From Selaginella moellendorffii (taxonomy: Eukaryota; Plantae; Lycopodiophyta), in contig NW_003314327.1 in assembly GCF_000143415.4 (NCBI RefSeq), positions 87,116 to 151,115 on the forward strand: 64,000 bases of DNA. The letters are read 5' to 3'. The notes under the pieces were generated by a model, which did no database searches, was not told the origin of the DNA, and saw only the letters and a list, made by a program, of their open reading frames with translations. Position numbers and translations under genes: made by a program. Each line of letters opens with the position of its first letter. The stretch's first letter is position 1. This document shows, piece after piece, positions 14,855 to 25,584 of this stretch.

Positions 14855-16108
14855 TCAGTAAACCACAACGGGTTCTCCCAAGTTGTAGTTTCTGGAGATG
14901 TTACAGCGCAGATCGAACACCTTGGCCACGATGATCTTGAAGATCTTGTGGATGTTGATGTTGTGCGTGGTGCTGGAGAAGAAGAGAGACGCACCCATTG
15001 TCTCGGCATAAAACATCGCCTGGTTACCCGGAGTTAATTCCTAGTTGGAGAAAAAACGGCTGGAGAAACTGGACAATTTACCTGCTTGGTGATTGCCACC
15101 TGAATGTCTTGGGGGAAATAGATAAACTGGTCATACTTGCTTCCGACTAGAACAGGAATAGCACACTGTCATCAGAAACAGAAACGTTAGTGACCAAACT
15201 CCAAAGCTTAGCTTTTAATTACATTGTTAATTTTCCTGGACTTGATGAACCATTCTTTGACACTGGGAAAATCCAACGAAGAAAGTATGAACAGCAGGCC
15301 GATCGCACACAAAACAAAGATCCTCAACGACAAAATACCTCTTGAGAGTCGAGCGTTTCGTGAGATCAAACATGAAAATCACGGCAGCAGCACCCTCGCA
15401 AACACTGGGAAGAAGATCCTCAAACAATCTGTCTCCTGCCCAGGAAAAAAACACCGAAACTTCGTTGCTAGGAAGAAGAAAAGAAAGAAGGAATGGAATG
15501 CAAACTCTACTCTAGGATGAAATTCGGCAGCATTACCAGACCTCCAAGCTCCCAGATGCTGAAAACAATCTTGGCATTCTTGATCCTCAGGCACTTCTCT
15601 CGCAAAGCCACACCTAGAGTTTGCACATAATCCTCTTCGCAGTGGGGATGGAGCTCTGACTCCGGATCATCCTCCAGCTCGGGATCCCCTTGAATGGTCC
15701 CAGCGCTCACATACTTGGCCTGGAAACAGTGAAACAACAAAAAAATTGAGAAGGATCCAAAACCACACTCGCTTATACGAGAGAAAGACTCTCGCTAAGC
15801 TCGGATTTGCTTACCAGAAAGCTTGTTTTCCCCGATTCACAGTCGCCAACCGTGGCAACCTTGAGCACCACCGCGTCCTCCGATCGATCCGCCTTTCTCA
15901 GCGATCGAATTCTCATCCTGTGATCCTCATCATCCTCACCATGGCCCACCTGTGGATTCCCAGCGCCGGCATTCCCACCATGAGCTCCAGCGCTCGCGGC
16001 CACCGCCGCTTGCCGCTCCGCCCTAAGCTGCTTCAATCGCCTGTAAGGGATCGTGGACGAGGTTGTGGCCGTCGCCGCGGCGCAGCACGATCTGGCCAGC
16101 GTCACCAT
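14855..16108 (-). CDS. Spg1/Tem1-like (SGP-type) septum-promoting small GTPase, multi-exon
   Basis: LKVATVGDCESGKTSFL, YVQTLGV, FSIWELGG, IFMFDLT.RSTL, PVLVGSKYD, LFFSSTTHNINIHKIFKIIVAKVFDL and LGEPVVVY*. Confidence 0.9.
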
Positions 16109-16592
16109 GGATTGGCGCTGGAATGGTGCCGATCTAGACGGGAGAGCTGGAGAGATGGCGGCATCTCGCCATAGCCGGCGGCATGGAATCGAGGAGGAGG
16201 CGCTGGAGATCTGGGAATGATAGGCTTGTTTAAAGCAAAATATTTGTTGTGGGAGCTCGACTATTGAGAGGAGACTCTCGAGCTCAGCGAATATTCTCCC
16301 CCTTGGGGCGCGGGGCCCGCCCGCCCAGCGTGGAACAATCCGACGGGCGTTAGCTGTCCAGGTCCCGCTAGGGGGGACGTGTCAACCGTAGGATGGGTCA
16401 TACGTAACGTTAATTAATTAGGGCAGAGAATGCTTAACTTTAAAGGCAAAAGCTTGTGGTTAAAAACTAAATATGCAAGCCCTAAAAGGTTTAGGCAGTT
16501 TTATATACAAGAACACAAAAAATAAAGTGATTTTAAGTGATAGCACCACATGAAATAAAAGAGAATGAAAGGAAAGAAGGCTTCTGATCACC

Positions 16593-17616
16593 TCAAATTT
16601 CAAAGAACATTACCTTGTCTATGATATGAATCCTTGACGAGACCTTGAAGATCTCGTTGTCCATCGTCCACTCTTTGCTACGCACATCATACTCGATGAT
16701 CTTGCCTTCGTCAAGCACCCAGATCTTGTCTTCCCCATTGCTACAAATCTCAACCTCCTCACAAGCCCCTGCCACCTCGAACGAGTGATAATCCCACTTG
16801 CCATCTGCATCATTGAGCTTGTGCACTGTAAGCGCAATCTCTCCATCGTGAAACTCTACGACCATCGCATAGATGTCGCCCTTGCACACAAATATCCCGG
16901 ACTTCTTCCAATGGAGGTGGACGTCGAGGCGAAACGGGACTATCAAATCCTTAACATCCAGCCAGGGATTCCCACACTTCTCTGGATTAAACCCTGACCC
17001 TAATTTTAGAAGAGCAGTAATCTCTTACAGCGAAGCACAAGTAATGCTTGGGAACATCCCGAACGCTCCAGTGCGAAAACTGTGTGTTGAAAGTGAAGAG
17101 CTCGTTCTTCGTGATGGAGGCCACCACCTCCCGTCTATAGCCATCCAAAGAAGCAATCCCCCAAAAGTTCCACTCGTCGTTATTGGCCGTCCAAGGCAGC
17201 GGGATCTCCTTGAAAATCCTCCCAGCGATAGGGTCGCAAAGCACAAGCTTGGAGAGCTTGCAATGGAGTGAGACCCTAATGCACCACAGCCCCATGCAGG
17301 ATCCAAAGAGTGCCAGCGAGATGGCGGTGCTTTGGGGTAGCAGCGATGGCGGTAGCGCCAAGCTTGTGTCCACCCATTTCCTGTCCTGGATGCTAAACAT
17401 TGCGTAACCACCGTCACTACTCTTGCTACTAGCCATGATCCACTGCTCGCGCGGCCTCGTCTTGCACTCTCGGTACATTAACAGGAAGTTTTGGCTGCGC
17501 AGCTTGGTGCGCCATTGCTTGCAGACGCGCCGCGCCACAGTGATGGAGGTGAAAGGCAACTTGCAGAAGATCGCGTCCTGGAGCTGCTCCGGAAGGCCAT
17601 TAAACCGCTCTCGCAT
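16593..17616 (-). pseudogene. F-box protein, copy 1 (frameshift at about 16990)
   Basis: F-box motif LPEQLQDAIFCKLPFTSITVARRVCKQW. After ...KIRVR the paralog-matching sequence FNPEKCGNPWLD...DKVMFFEI* continues in another frame. Confidence 0.8.
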
Positions 17617-17852
17617 CTTTGTTTACCCTAATCACGTGTCTGTAAGCTTAAGTTTGTCATGATTATAAGAGCGTTTTGTTTTGTAGAGGAAGATCCATTC
17701 AGAAAATGATGTCTTCCCAAAAGATACAAGCGAATCTCAATGTTGTGAAGTTGTGGCTGTTCCATTTCTGTAAACAACAAATTATTATCTGTACTCGAGA
17801 GAATTTAGATCACACAAGAAATGGAAATGAACCAGCTTACGATCTGATCACC

Positions 17853-18895
17853 TCAAACTTCAAAGAACATAACCTTGTCCAAGTTCTGAATGGGCCCAAA
17901 GATCCCCTGGTTCATCGTCCACTCTTCGCTACTCACATCAAACTCGATGATCACCACCGGATTATCAGGATTACCACAACAAACCACCCAGATCTTGTCT
18001 GCCCATCGCTAAGAATCTCAACCTCGTCACAAACCCCTGCCACCTTGAACGAGTAATAATCCCACTTGACGCCTTCATTGAGCTTGTGCACTACAAGCAC
18101 AGTTTTGTCGTTGTAAAACTCTCCCACCATGGCGTAAGTTTCGCCATTGCACACAAATATCCCAGACCTCCTCGAACGGATGCCCAACGAGACCACCACA
18201 TCCATAAGATCCAGCCACGGATCCCCAAACTTCTCCAGATCAAACCGCCTGACCTTCACAACAATGCGCTCGTCCCTCACAGCGAAGAAAGGCAAGCTTG
18301 TTGCTGGCCAAGAGCAAACGTAACGATCGGAATAGCAAACACTCCAGTGCGAAAACTGTGTGTTAAATGCAAAGACCTTATTGTTCGAGATGGAAGCCAC
18401 TGTCACCACCATCCTGTCCCGTCTATAGCCATCCAAAGAAGCAATGCCCCAAAAGTTCCAGTCCTCCCTATGGGCCTTCCAAGGGAGTGGGATCTCCTTG
18501 AAAATCCTCGCGGTGATGGGGTCGCAAAGCACCAGCTTGGAGAGCTCGGGACCGAGCGAGACCCCAATGCACCACAACCCCACGCAGGATCCAAAGAGTG
18601 CCAAGGTGCTGTCTCGGGGCAGGAGAGAAGGCGGTAGCGCCAAGCTTGTGTCCACCCATTTCCTGTCCTGGATGCTAAACATCGCGTAGCCGCCGGCGCC
18701 ACTCTTGTTGCTAGCCATGATCCATTGCTCGCGCGGCCTGGTCCTGCACTCTCGGTACATTACCAGGAAGTTTTGGCTGCGCAGCTTGGTGCGCCATTGC
18801 TTGCAGACGCACCGTGCCGCGGTGATGGAGGTGAAAGGAAGCTTGCAGAAGATCACGTCCTGGAGCTGCTCCGGAAGGTCGTGAAGAGCTGCCAT
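17853..18895 (-). pseudogene. F-box protein, copy 2 (frameshift at about 18000)
   Basis: MAALHDLPEQLQDVIFCKLPF...; after ILSDG the conserved tail DKIWVVCCGNPDNPVVIIEFDVSSEEWTM...DKVMFFEV* lies in a shifted frame. Confidence 0.8.
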
Positions 18896-18929
18896 TTTGG
18901 GAGAAGAAGCGCCGAAGAACCCTGAAGTC

Positions 18930-19070
18930 TTACATTTTACAAGGTCAAAAAAAGTGAAGGTCTTGTTCTTCGTGAGGGAAGCCACCGTCACCACCATCCT
19001 GTCCCGTCAATCGCCAGTAATCCCCCAAAAGTTCCAGTGCTCCTCACGGGAGTGGGATCTCCTTGAAAGA
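18930..19070 (-). pseudogene. Short deleted fragment of the same F-box family
   Basis: FKEIPLP / WNFWGI / DRMVVTVASLTKNKTFTF match copy 2 at about 18360-18505. Confidence 0.7.
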
Positions 19071-19199
19071 TGCCGTTGTGTGGACTCGGCATATGCCCAA
19101 AAAGGACATCAAGAAGGTGATGGGGTCCTAAAGCCGCATTTTAGGGTTTATGTGAAATTCCGGAATTTGCGGAAGAACCCTAAATTTGGGCTTGGAGAG

Positions 19200-19794
19200 A
19201 TGGGCGTGGTGAGCGATCTATTCGAGACGCTGACAGAGGCGCCGGTGCTGGGCTCGGATGACTACCGCGGCGTGGATCTGGGCGACTATGACACGGTAAC
19301 GTACAAGACGCTCTCGGGGGGGCTGGGCTGTGGATTGCTGGGCGCCCTGTATGGCAATCTCAAGACGCGGTGGAACTACCAGATGCCCACCAAGGGCCGG
19401 GAGATTGTCAGGGCCGTGAATCGCTACCAGATGATCGAGTATGGCGCTACAATTGGGGCCATGGGCGCCGCCTACGCCCTCACCGATGCCCTCTGCGAGA
19501 GGTATCGCGGCAAGGCCGACTATTGGAACTCGATCTATGCTGGCTGGGCCGCTGGAGCTGTTCTTGGGCTGAGAAGTGAGCTACATTCTCTTGGATTGGA
19601 TTGAGGGGTTTTTTTTCTTCGTTGTGATTTCCTTTTTTTTTGTTGGTGGGTTTTTGGCAGATGGAAGTGTTGGTCGTGGGCTCGCGGCTGCTGCCTCGAT
19701 TGCTGCTGTGACGGCGGTTGTGGACACTCTTGCCCAGAATTCCACGCTCCGGAAGATCAACAAGGAGTATCTTCCTTTCCCGGAGGATAGATGA
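19200..19794 (+). CDS. Tim17/Tim22/Tim23-family protein, complex I B14.7 (NDUFA11) / OEP16-3-like, two exons
   Basis: GLGCGLLGALYG, YGATIGAMGAAYA, RGKADYWNSIYAGWAAGAVLGLR, an intron at about 19576-19660, then GSVGRGLAAAASIAAVTAVVD...KEYLPFPEDR*. Confidence 0.85.
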
Positions 19795-19924
19795 GAGAGC
19801 TCTGTGATCGCTGTGAAGAACAATGAAGAACACAAACAAACTTTGCTCATTGTTTAGCGTTTGTAAACACAAATAATTTTGAGTAGCGTTGACTAGAGAA
19901 GACCAGAGTTATGGAGAAAGTTAT

Positions 19925-20410
19925 GCGAATCTCTTCCCCATGCCAGCGTCGCTTAATAGCCAGCATCTTTAGCCGATAAAATTGAAGCCCGCCAGCAACA
20001 ACAATCTACGCTGCTCGTCCAAGGCGCCAGTAGCATCCATCGCCTGCTCTCGCAAGAGGGTGACCGGCCAGGCTCAAGTCGGTTTGCCAGCAAGCGCCAT
20101 ACGGTCTCTGCGAGAGAACAAGGACGGCATGGCAGATCAATCCCGATAAGATCTCCTGCCGAATCCGAGCAGCGGCTGCCTCGCTGCCATGGGGTTGGAT
20201 CCCAGAGCTCTGGAGCTCGACGTGAAGCTCTACAAGCTGCTGCCTGGAGGACACTTCAAGTTCCACAGGGACACGGAGAAGGAAGCTGGGATGTTTGCGA
20301 CGATGATCGTCCAGCTCCCCACAGACCGGGGAGCTCTCGGGGTTCGCCAGGGGCTGGAGCGCTACAGCTTTGATTTCTCGCAAGGCAGCTCCAGCAAGTA
20401 TTTCTCTTTA
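19925..20410 (+). pseudogene. Degraded copy of the 2OG-Fe(II) oxygenase N-terminal domain
   Basis: Colinear with 22530-23010 (CQQAPYG, LDPRALELDVKLYKLL, GGHFKFHRDTEKEAGMFATMIVQLP, YSFDFSQGSSSKYF) with many deletions. Confidence 0.85.
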
Positions 20411-21060
20411 ACCATGGAAGTTTGCTCACGTCAATGTCGGTGCCATGGAGAGAGTTGTTCCCCAGCTGCAGCAGCTCCAACTTTGCACAGTTCTCAAGCA
20501 GTGGCCGTGAAATTTGCCCAATCAACTTGTTTCTTTCCATTCCTAGGGTTTGAAGGCGCAACGTTTTGAATACTTCCCATGGAATTTCTCTTGCCAAGTT
20601 GTTCTTTGACAGGTCAACGAGAGTGTAGCGTGCTAGTTCAATTGGAATTTCCCCTTGGAGTGAATTATCTGAAATATCCAGTTTTTGGAGCGCTGCGATG
20701 GTGAAGACGAGGAGAATAGTTCCGAGTGCCAGTGCCTGGATCAAAGAGATCAACCAGTGCATGGATGATGCTTTCAAACCTTTGCTGAGGGGAGGAAGTT
20801 TGAACGTATTAAATATCGTTTTTTATACCTATGTTGTCAAGCCGTTTCCGATGGCAACTCCAGAGAGCTGAGCGCTCAGACCATAACATGGAACACGGGG
20901 GATGGCAAGTACTTCACCGCATAACTCTCCAGCAAGCCCACAAACGAGCGCTCTATCCAAGGTGTGCATCCCATTCAGCTTGGATAGGGACAGCTTCTTG
21001 AGTTGCTGGTTTTCTAAAAGTCTAACTTCTGCGTGCAGGAAGGCTGAAAGTCTATCAGAG
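20410..21060 (-). pseudogene. LRR receptor(-kinase)-type fragments with an embedded NIP aquaporin fragment
   Basis: LQKLDISDNSLQGEIPIEL, LVDLSKNNLAREIP and LELLQLGNNSLHG are plant LRRs. 20693-20778 copies the NIP intron1/exon2 junction at 28110-28200. Confidence 0.7.
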
Positions 21061-21989
21061 AAGCAAAAGATATGTAAAAGCATAGCTTTTTCATACCTGT
21101 GTTCTTGCTAAGAGCTCAGACCATTCTCATTCCTCTTTGGTAAATTTCTTCCATGCGTACAACTCCAGCAAGAAAAAAATGGAATCACAAGAAAAAAAAC
21201 TAAAATCTCAATGTTACACTTCCCATGGTACACGAACTGTTGATCATCCCGCGTGCTTAAAGCTGCCATGGCGATCGAGGGAGCGCCAAGCATTGGAAAG
21301 ATTTGCACTCGATTGGAGAGATAGAGGTGCGGCTAGGCTGACGGCCGAGAAGGTCCATGCATCGCTCCACTTTGTGGAGGAATCAGCAACGCCGAATTGT
21401 AAGACACGCAAATTGCCCGATCAGGGATTAGGAGGAGGAGACAAGACGAACGAGATGAAAAGGGGCTCGGGAGGGATTAGAGGAACGACAAGAACAGGAC
21501 TGCGGTGAAGGGCTGGAAGCTGATGAAGCAGAGGTTGATGGCGTAAGAGAGCACGTCGGACATCGTCAAAAGATACGAGTGGAGGGTGAAACGAAAACTC
21601 GTCAATATTACGCACATTCTAGACGAAGCTCAAGTTCCCATTCACTTCCAGGACCAACTACTCCACGAGCTTCACGGTGGTGTCGACGAGTCGTACTTTC
21701 CTATTGCATCAAACCAGCCGGAGGGATGGAATAGAAAGATTGAAGGCCAGCCACTTCCCGACACGCACTACCGCATGAAGTCCTTGCTTTCCAAGCTTGG
21801 AATGAGTAGCCCTGCTCGCTGGAGGATTTGCCTCGATCCGGCTCACCCTCCTCAGACCGATTTCGTAGCTATATGAAAGTTGACATTGCGAAATGAGACC
21901 TCGATCTCCAACGCTGCAATGCTAAAGCCAGTCCCAATTGGAGTGTGTACAAAAAAAATCCCACACCTGGAAGAAGTAAAACGAAACAT

Positions 21990-22460
21990 TCAGCCCTCGT
22001 CCACTCTTCTCTACGGACATCAAACTCGATGATCATCACCGGATTATCGAGATTGCCACAACAAAACAGCCAACTCTTGTCGCCCCTGATATCTGTGTGC
22101 AACGGCGAGACTTATGCGATGGTCGGAGAGTTTCACGATGCCAGTGCTTGAGTGCACAAGCTCAATCAAGGCGTCAAGTGGGATTATCACGCGTTCATGG
22201 TGGCTGTGAGAAGATGTAGCGACGCCCAACGAGACTACGAAGTACACAATATCCAGCCAGGGATTCTTCTCCGGATCAAACCCCCTGACCTTAACAAATG
22301 CAAGGGTACTCTTCCTGTACACCGAAGAAAGGCAGGTTCATAGCTGGCGAAGAGCAAACATAACACTCGGAATCGCAAACGCTCCAGTGCGAAAACTCCG
22401 TGTTAAAAGTGCTTGGAGCCACCGTCATCACCATCCTGTCCCCCAAAAGTTCCAGTGCAC
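21990..22460 (-). pseudogene. Further F-box family fragment with an internal inversion
   Basis: Minus-strand VRGFDPEKNPWLD and CCGNLDNPVMIIEFDVRREEWT flank a plus-strand VCNGETYAMVGEFHD...HKLNQGVKWDYHAF at about 22093-22205. Confidence 0.8.
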
Positions 22461-22499
22461 GTCATCGTTGAAATCTTCGCTCGCTGTGGTGTGATCGAG

Positions 22500-25442
22500 A
22501 AGTCTTTACGACTGGAGGGGAGATCGATGTGAATGTCTTCCCCATGTCAGCGTCGCTGCTCGTGGAAGGCGCCGGTAGCATCCATCTCCCACTCTCGCAA
22601 GAGGGTCTCGCCAGGCTCAAGTCAGTTTGCCAGCAAGCGCCATACGGTCTCGGCGAGAGGACTCTCGTCGACACGGACGTGAGGAAGGCATGGCAGGTCA
22701 ATCCAGATAAGATCTCCTGCCCCGAGAATCCGAGCTTCTTCTCGTCCGTGGTTCATGGCTTGGCGGCTGCTGGGCTCGCCGCCATGGGCCTGGATCCCAG
22801 AGCGCTGGAGCTCGACGTGAAGCTCTACAAGCTGCTGCTCTACGAGGCTGGAGGACACTTCAAGTTCCACAGGGACACGGAGAAGGATGTTTGCGACGAT
22901 GATCGTCCAGCTCCCCACAGCGTCCGGGCACACCGGAGGAGCTCTCGGGGTTCGCCAGGGGCTGGAGCGCTACTGCTTTGATTTCTCGCAAGGCAGCTCC
23001 AGCAAGTACTTCTCGACGATCTTCTTTTGCGACTGCGAGCACCAGCTTGAGGAAGTGACCGGTGGATCGAGGCTATCCCTGGTTTTTAGCCTGGTGAGGA
23101 ACAACGTGGAGTTCATAGCCGCCGAGAACGTCCCCTCTTTTGTGTCCTCGATGCCTCGAGTGAAAGAGCTTCTTCGGGAATGGGTCGAGAAAGGTGGCGG
23201 CGGTGTGGCGCAGAGAGCAAACTCGCGGAGGTCAAGGCAACTCGCCACGGTAGCGAGATCAAACGCTCCCCGGATGCAACTCGCCACGGTAAGCATCGAT
23301 CTCTACTTTGATTCCATTTCTAAGTCTTCGTCGTGGCAATAGCGTGCGACAAGGAGGACTCAAGTGGAAGAAGATGATAGCTACGATGACGATGACTATG
23401 CCCCGGTATACAGCCGCAACCGCAGCGAGTATAAGAGGAAGCTCTTGGCGATCCCGCTGGCTCACAAGTACTCCAAGACGAGCCTCTCGTTTGCCGGGCT
23501 CAAGGGCCAGGACCGCGTTGTAGCGGCCATGGTGAGAGCCTGCGAGTTTCTGGATGTCCATCTTTGCATGCTCACCAAGCACAAGACCGTGACGGAGGAC
23601 GTGTCGATCGAGTACGGTATCGACAATAGGCCAGCCAAGTTTCAAAGGTGGGAGATTGATGTCCGGCACCAAGTTCTTCGCTGCGCGCTGAAGAAGCTGC
23701 CCCGGGATATGAACCAGGACAAGGACGAGTTTAACGAGAGAGATCTCTTCGACTTTCTCGAGGACGAGTTCCGCGGGACGGGGATGATGGCTGGAAACGA
23801 AGGTGGTACGAATCAGTACTTCTACCACGTCGCGGTTCTGGTGGTGTGGCCGAGAGAGACGAGGATGCAAACGATTTGCTGCTCGCCGATACACATAGAC
23901 TGGCTGCTGGACTGGATCGAGGAAGAAGCTTGCGGATCGGAGGAAAGCAAGAGGAGAAACTTGGAGCAAGCTGTGGATGCTTTCCACAGCTTGCCGGAGA
24001 AGTTTGAGGCTTCTCCGGGTTGGAGACTCGGATGCTGGAAGTTTGTTGCCCGGCTGCTCGATGCGTGTGTGAAGAGCGGTGCTCGCGATGCCGCGTTCTT
24101 GATATTGAGGACGTGGGGAACGAACATGACGAGCTTCGACGAGTTTGCGACGGCGGTGAAGGCTTACGGCTGGGAGGCATGCAAAGGGACTGTGGAAACG
24201 GTGATGAACGCCGTAAAGGAGCACGAAGAGCCAGTGAAGCGTCAGTGGTGGAGCGGAGAAGATGTGAAAGCCATCGATCCTCCGGAGTGGTATGGCGCAG
24301 TGATGGCTTGCGGAGGTCTGGCCTTGCGACTGGACGCTTGTGGATGCCGGGACGGGGCGATCGCTGCAGCCAAGATGTTTTGCGGCGCGATCTCCTCTGA
24401 GCTACCCGTGACTGTGAAGTACAATGAGGAGAAGCATTTAGAGAATGGGATCGCGATGCTGCTCGAGTTTTGCATTGACGCAAGGCTTGGCGACGAGGTC
24501 TCCCACATTCTGGGACGAGTTCCCTGGGAGAAGCTTAGCAGCCGGGCTCTTGCCAAGCTGAGGGATCACTTCCCGGAGCGCAGAGAGGAGGTGGACGAGT
24601 TTTGGACGTGGAGGAAGGAATGCTTCGAGGATCTCTCTGGTTCCTGGAGCAAAGAAAAGTATATGGAAGACGTTGTGAAGTTTGTGATGGAGCTGGAGTC
24701 CCTGGGCGATCATGACACAGCGGTGGTGCTTGCATCCGAGCTTCTCTTCGCGGATTTTGCCAAGGTGGAGAACTTAAAAGATCACGAGGTGGTGGCGCTG
24801 CTGCTGCTCGACAAGGCCGAGCTCATACCCAGGGATCGATACATGAATGGCTCCAAAGTGATCAAGACGATGCGAAGAGCTGCAAGCTTGGTTGGCTTGA
24901 AGGAGAAAGATGGATTGAGGACGGTTTTTGGAGATCTGTGCAAGGCAGAGCTCCCGGAGGTGGCTGACAGGGCAGAGATGATTTCTTGGGTAGGGGATAG
25001 ACATCGAGATCCCAAGCTCGCGTTGGCTTGGAAGGACCAGAAGGAGTTTTTCGAGACGTTGTTTTGGCTGGGAGAGGAGGAGGTGCTCGGAGCTATGGTG
25101 GAGTGTGTGAGCAAGAGGAGCAACCTGGTGAAGTGGATGCTGGACAAGGATGAGGGTCTTGTGGAAGAAGCCATGAGATATGGAGGGAATGTGAGGGATG
25201 CGATGAGAAAGGTGGTGGATTCGAGGATGGAGTATCTCTCGAGGGAGCCGAGCTTTGGGAACTATTTACCGCCACCACCGTTGAAGGTGATGAAGATTTG
25301 TGGGTTTGTGGATGCCCGGCAGGTTTATGGGAATCCTCGGCACCAGCGGCGCGTACATGAGATTATGGTGGACAAGTGGAAGAGTACTGCATTCGTGGAG
25401 GAGATGGAGCATCTTCAAGAACTGAAAGTCAGATTTGTGTGA
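22500..25442 (+). pseudogene. Long 2OG-Fe(II) oxygenase (prolyl-4-hydroxylase-like, fungal/oomycete/bacterial type) with helical C-terminal extension; one 8-nt frameshift
   Basis: QAPYGLGERTLVDTDVR, YKLLLYEAGGHFKFHRD (HxD), MFATMIVQLP..HTGG and DCEH.LEEVTGGSRLSL (distal His, R-x-S). After a probable 54-bp intron (23289-23342) come IPLAHKYS..SLSFAGLKGQDR, GNEG and a 692-aa open frame. An 8-nt deletion at about 22886 is seen against the upstream copy, and no native 5' end is visible. Confidence 0.8.
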
Positions 25443-25584
25443 AATGACTCTTCGCTTATAGATTATAGAGTGGACAATGAAAGTATAGAGAATTGAGAAT
25501 CTTCCTAGCCTAAGTCCAAATCGCTCTGAAAGATATGACGTAAAGATTTAAAGACATGATTAGCAACAAATTAACAAACACTCT

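Noticed and set aside
18897-19199. N-terminal extension of the 235-aa ORF
   Set aside because: It overlaps an antisense F-box fragment and telo-box-like promoter motifs. The ATG at 19200 fits the family length.
23259-25278. Long minus-strand ORFs (321 and 250 aa and others)
   Set aside because: Antisense shadows of the GC-rich oxygenase ORF, with no motifs.
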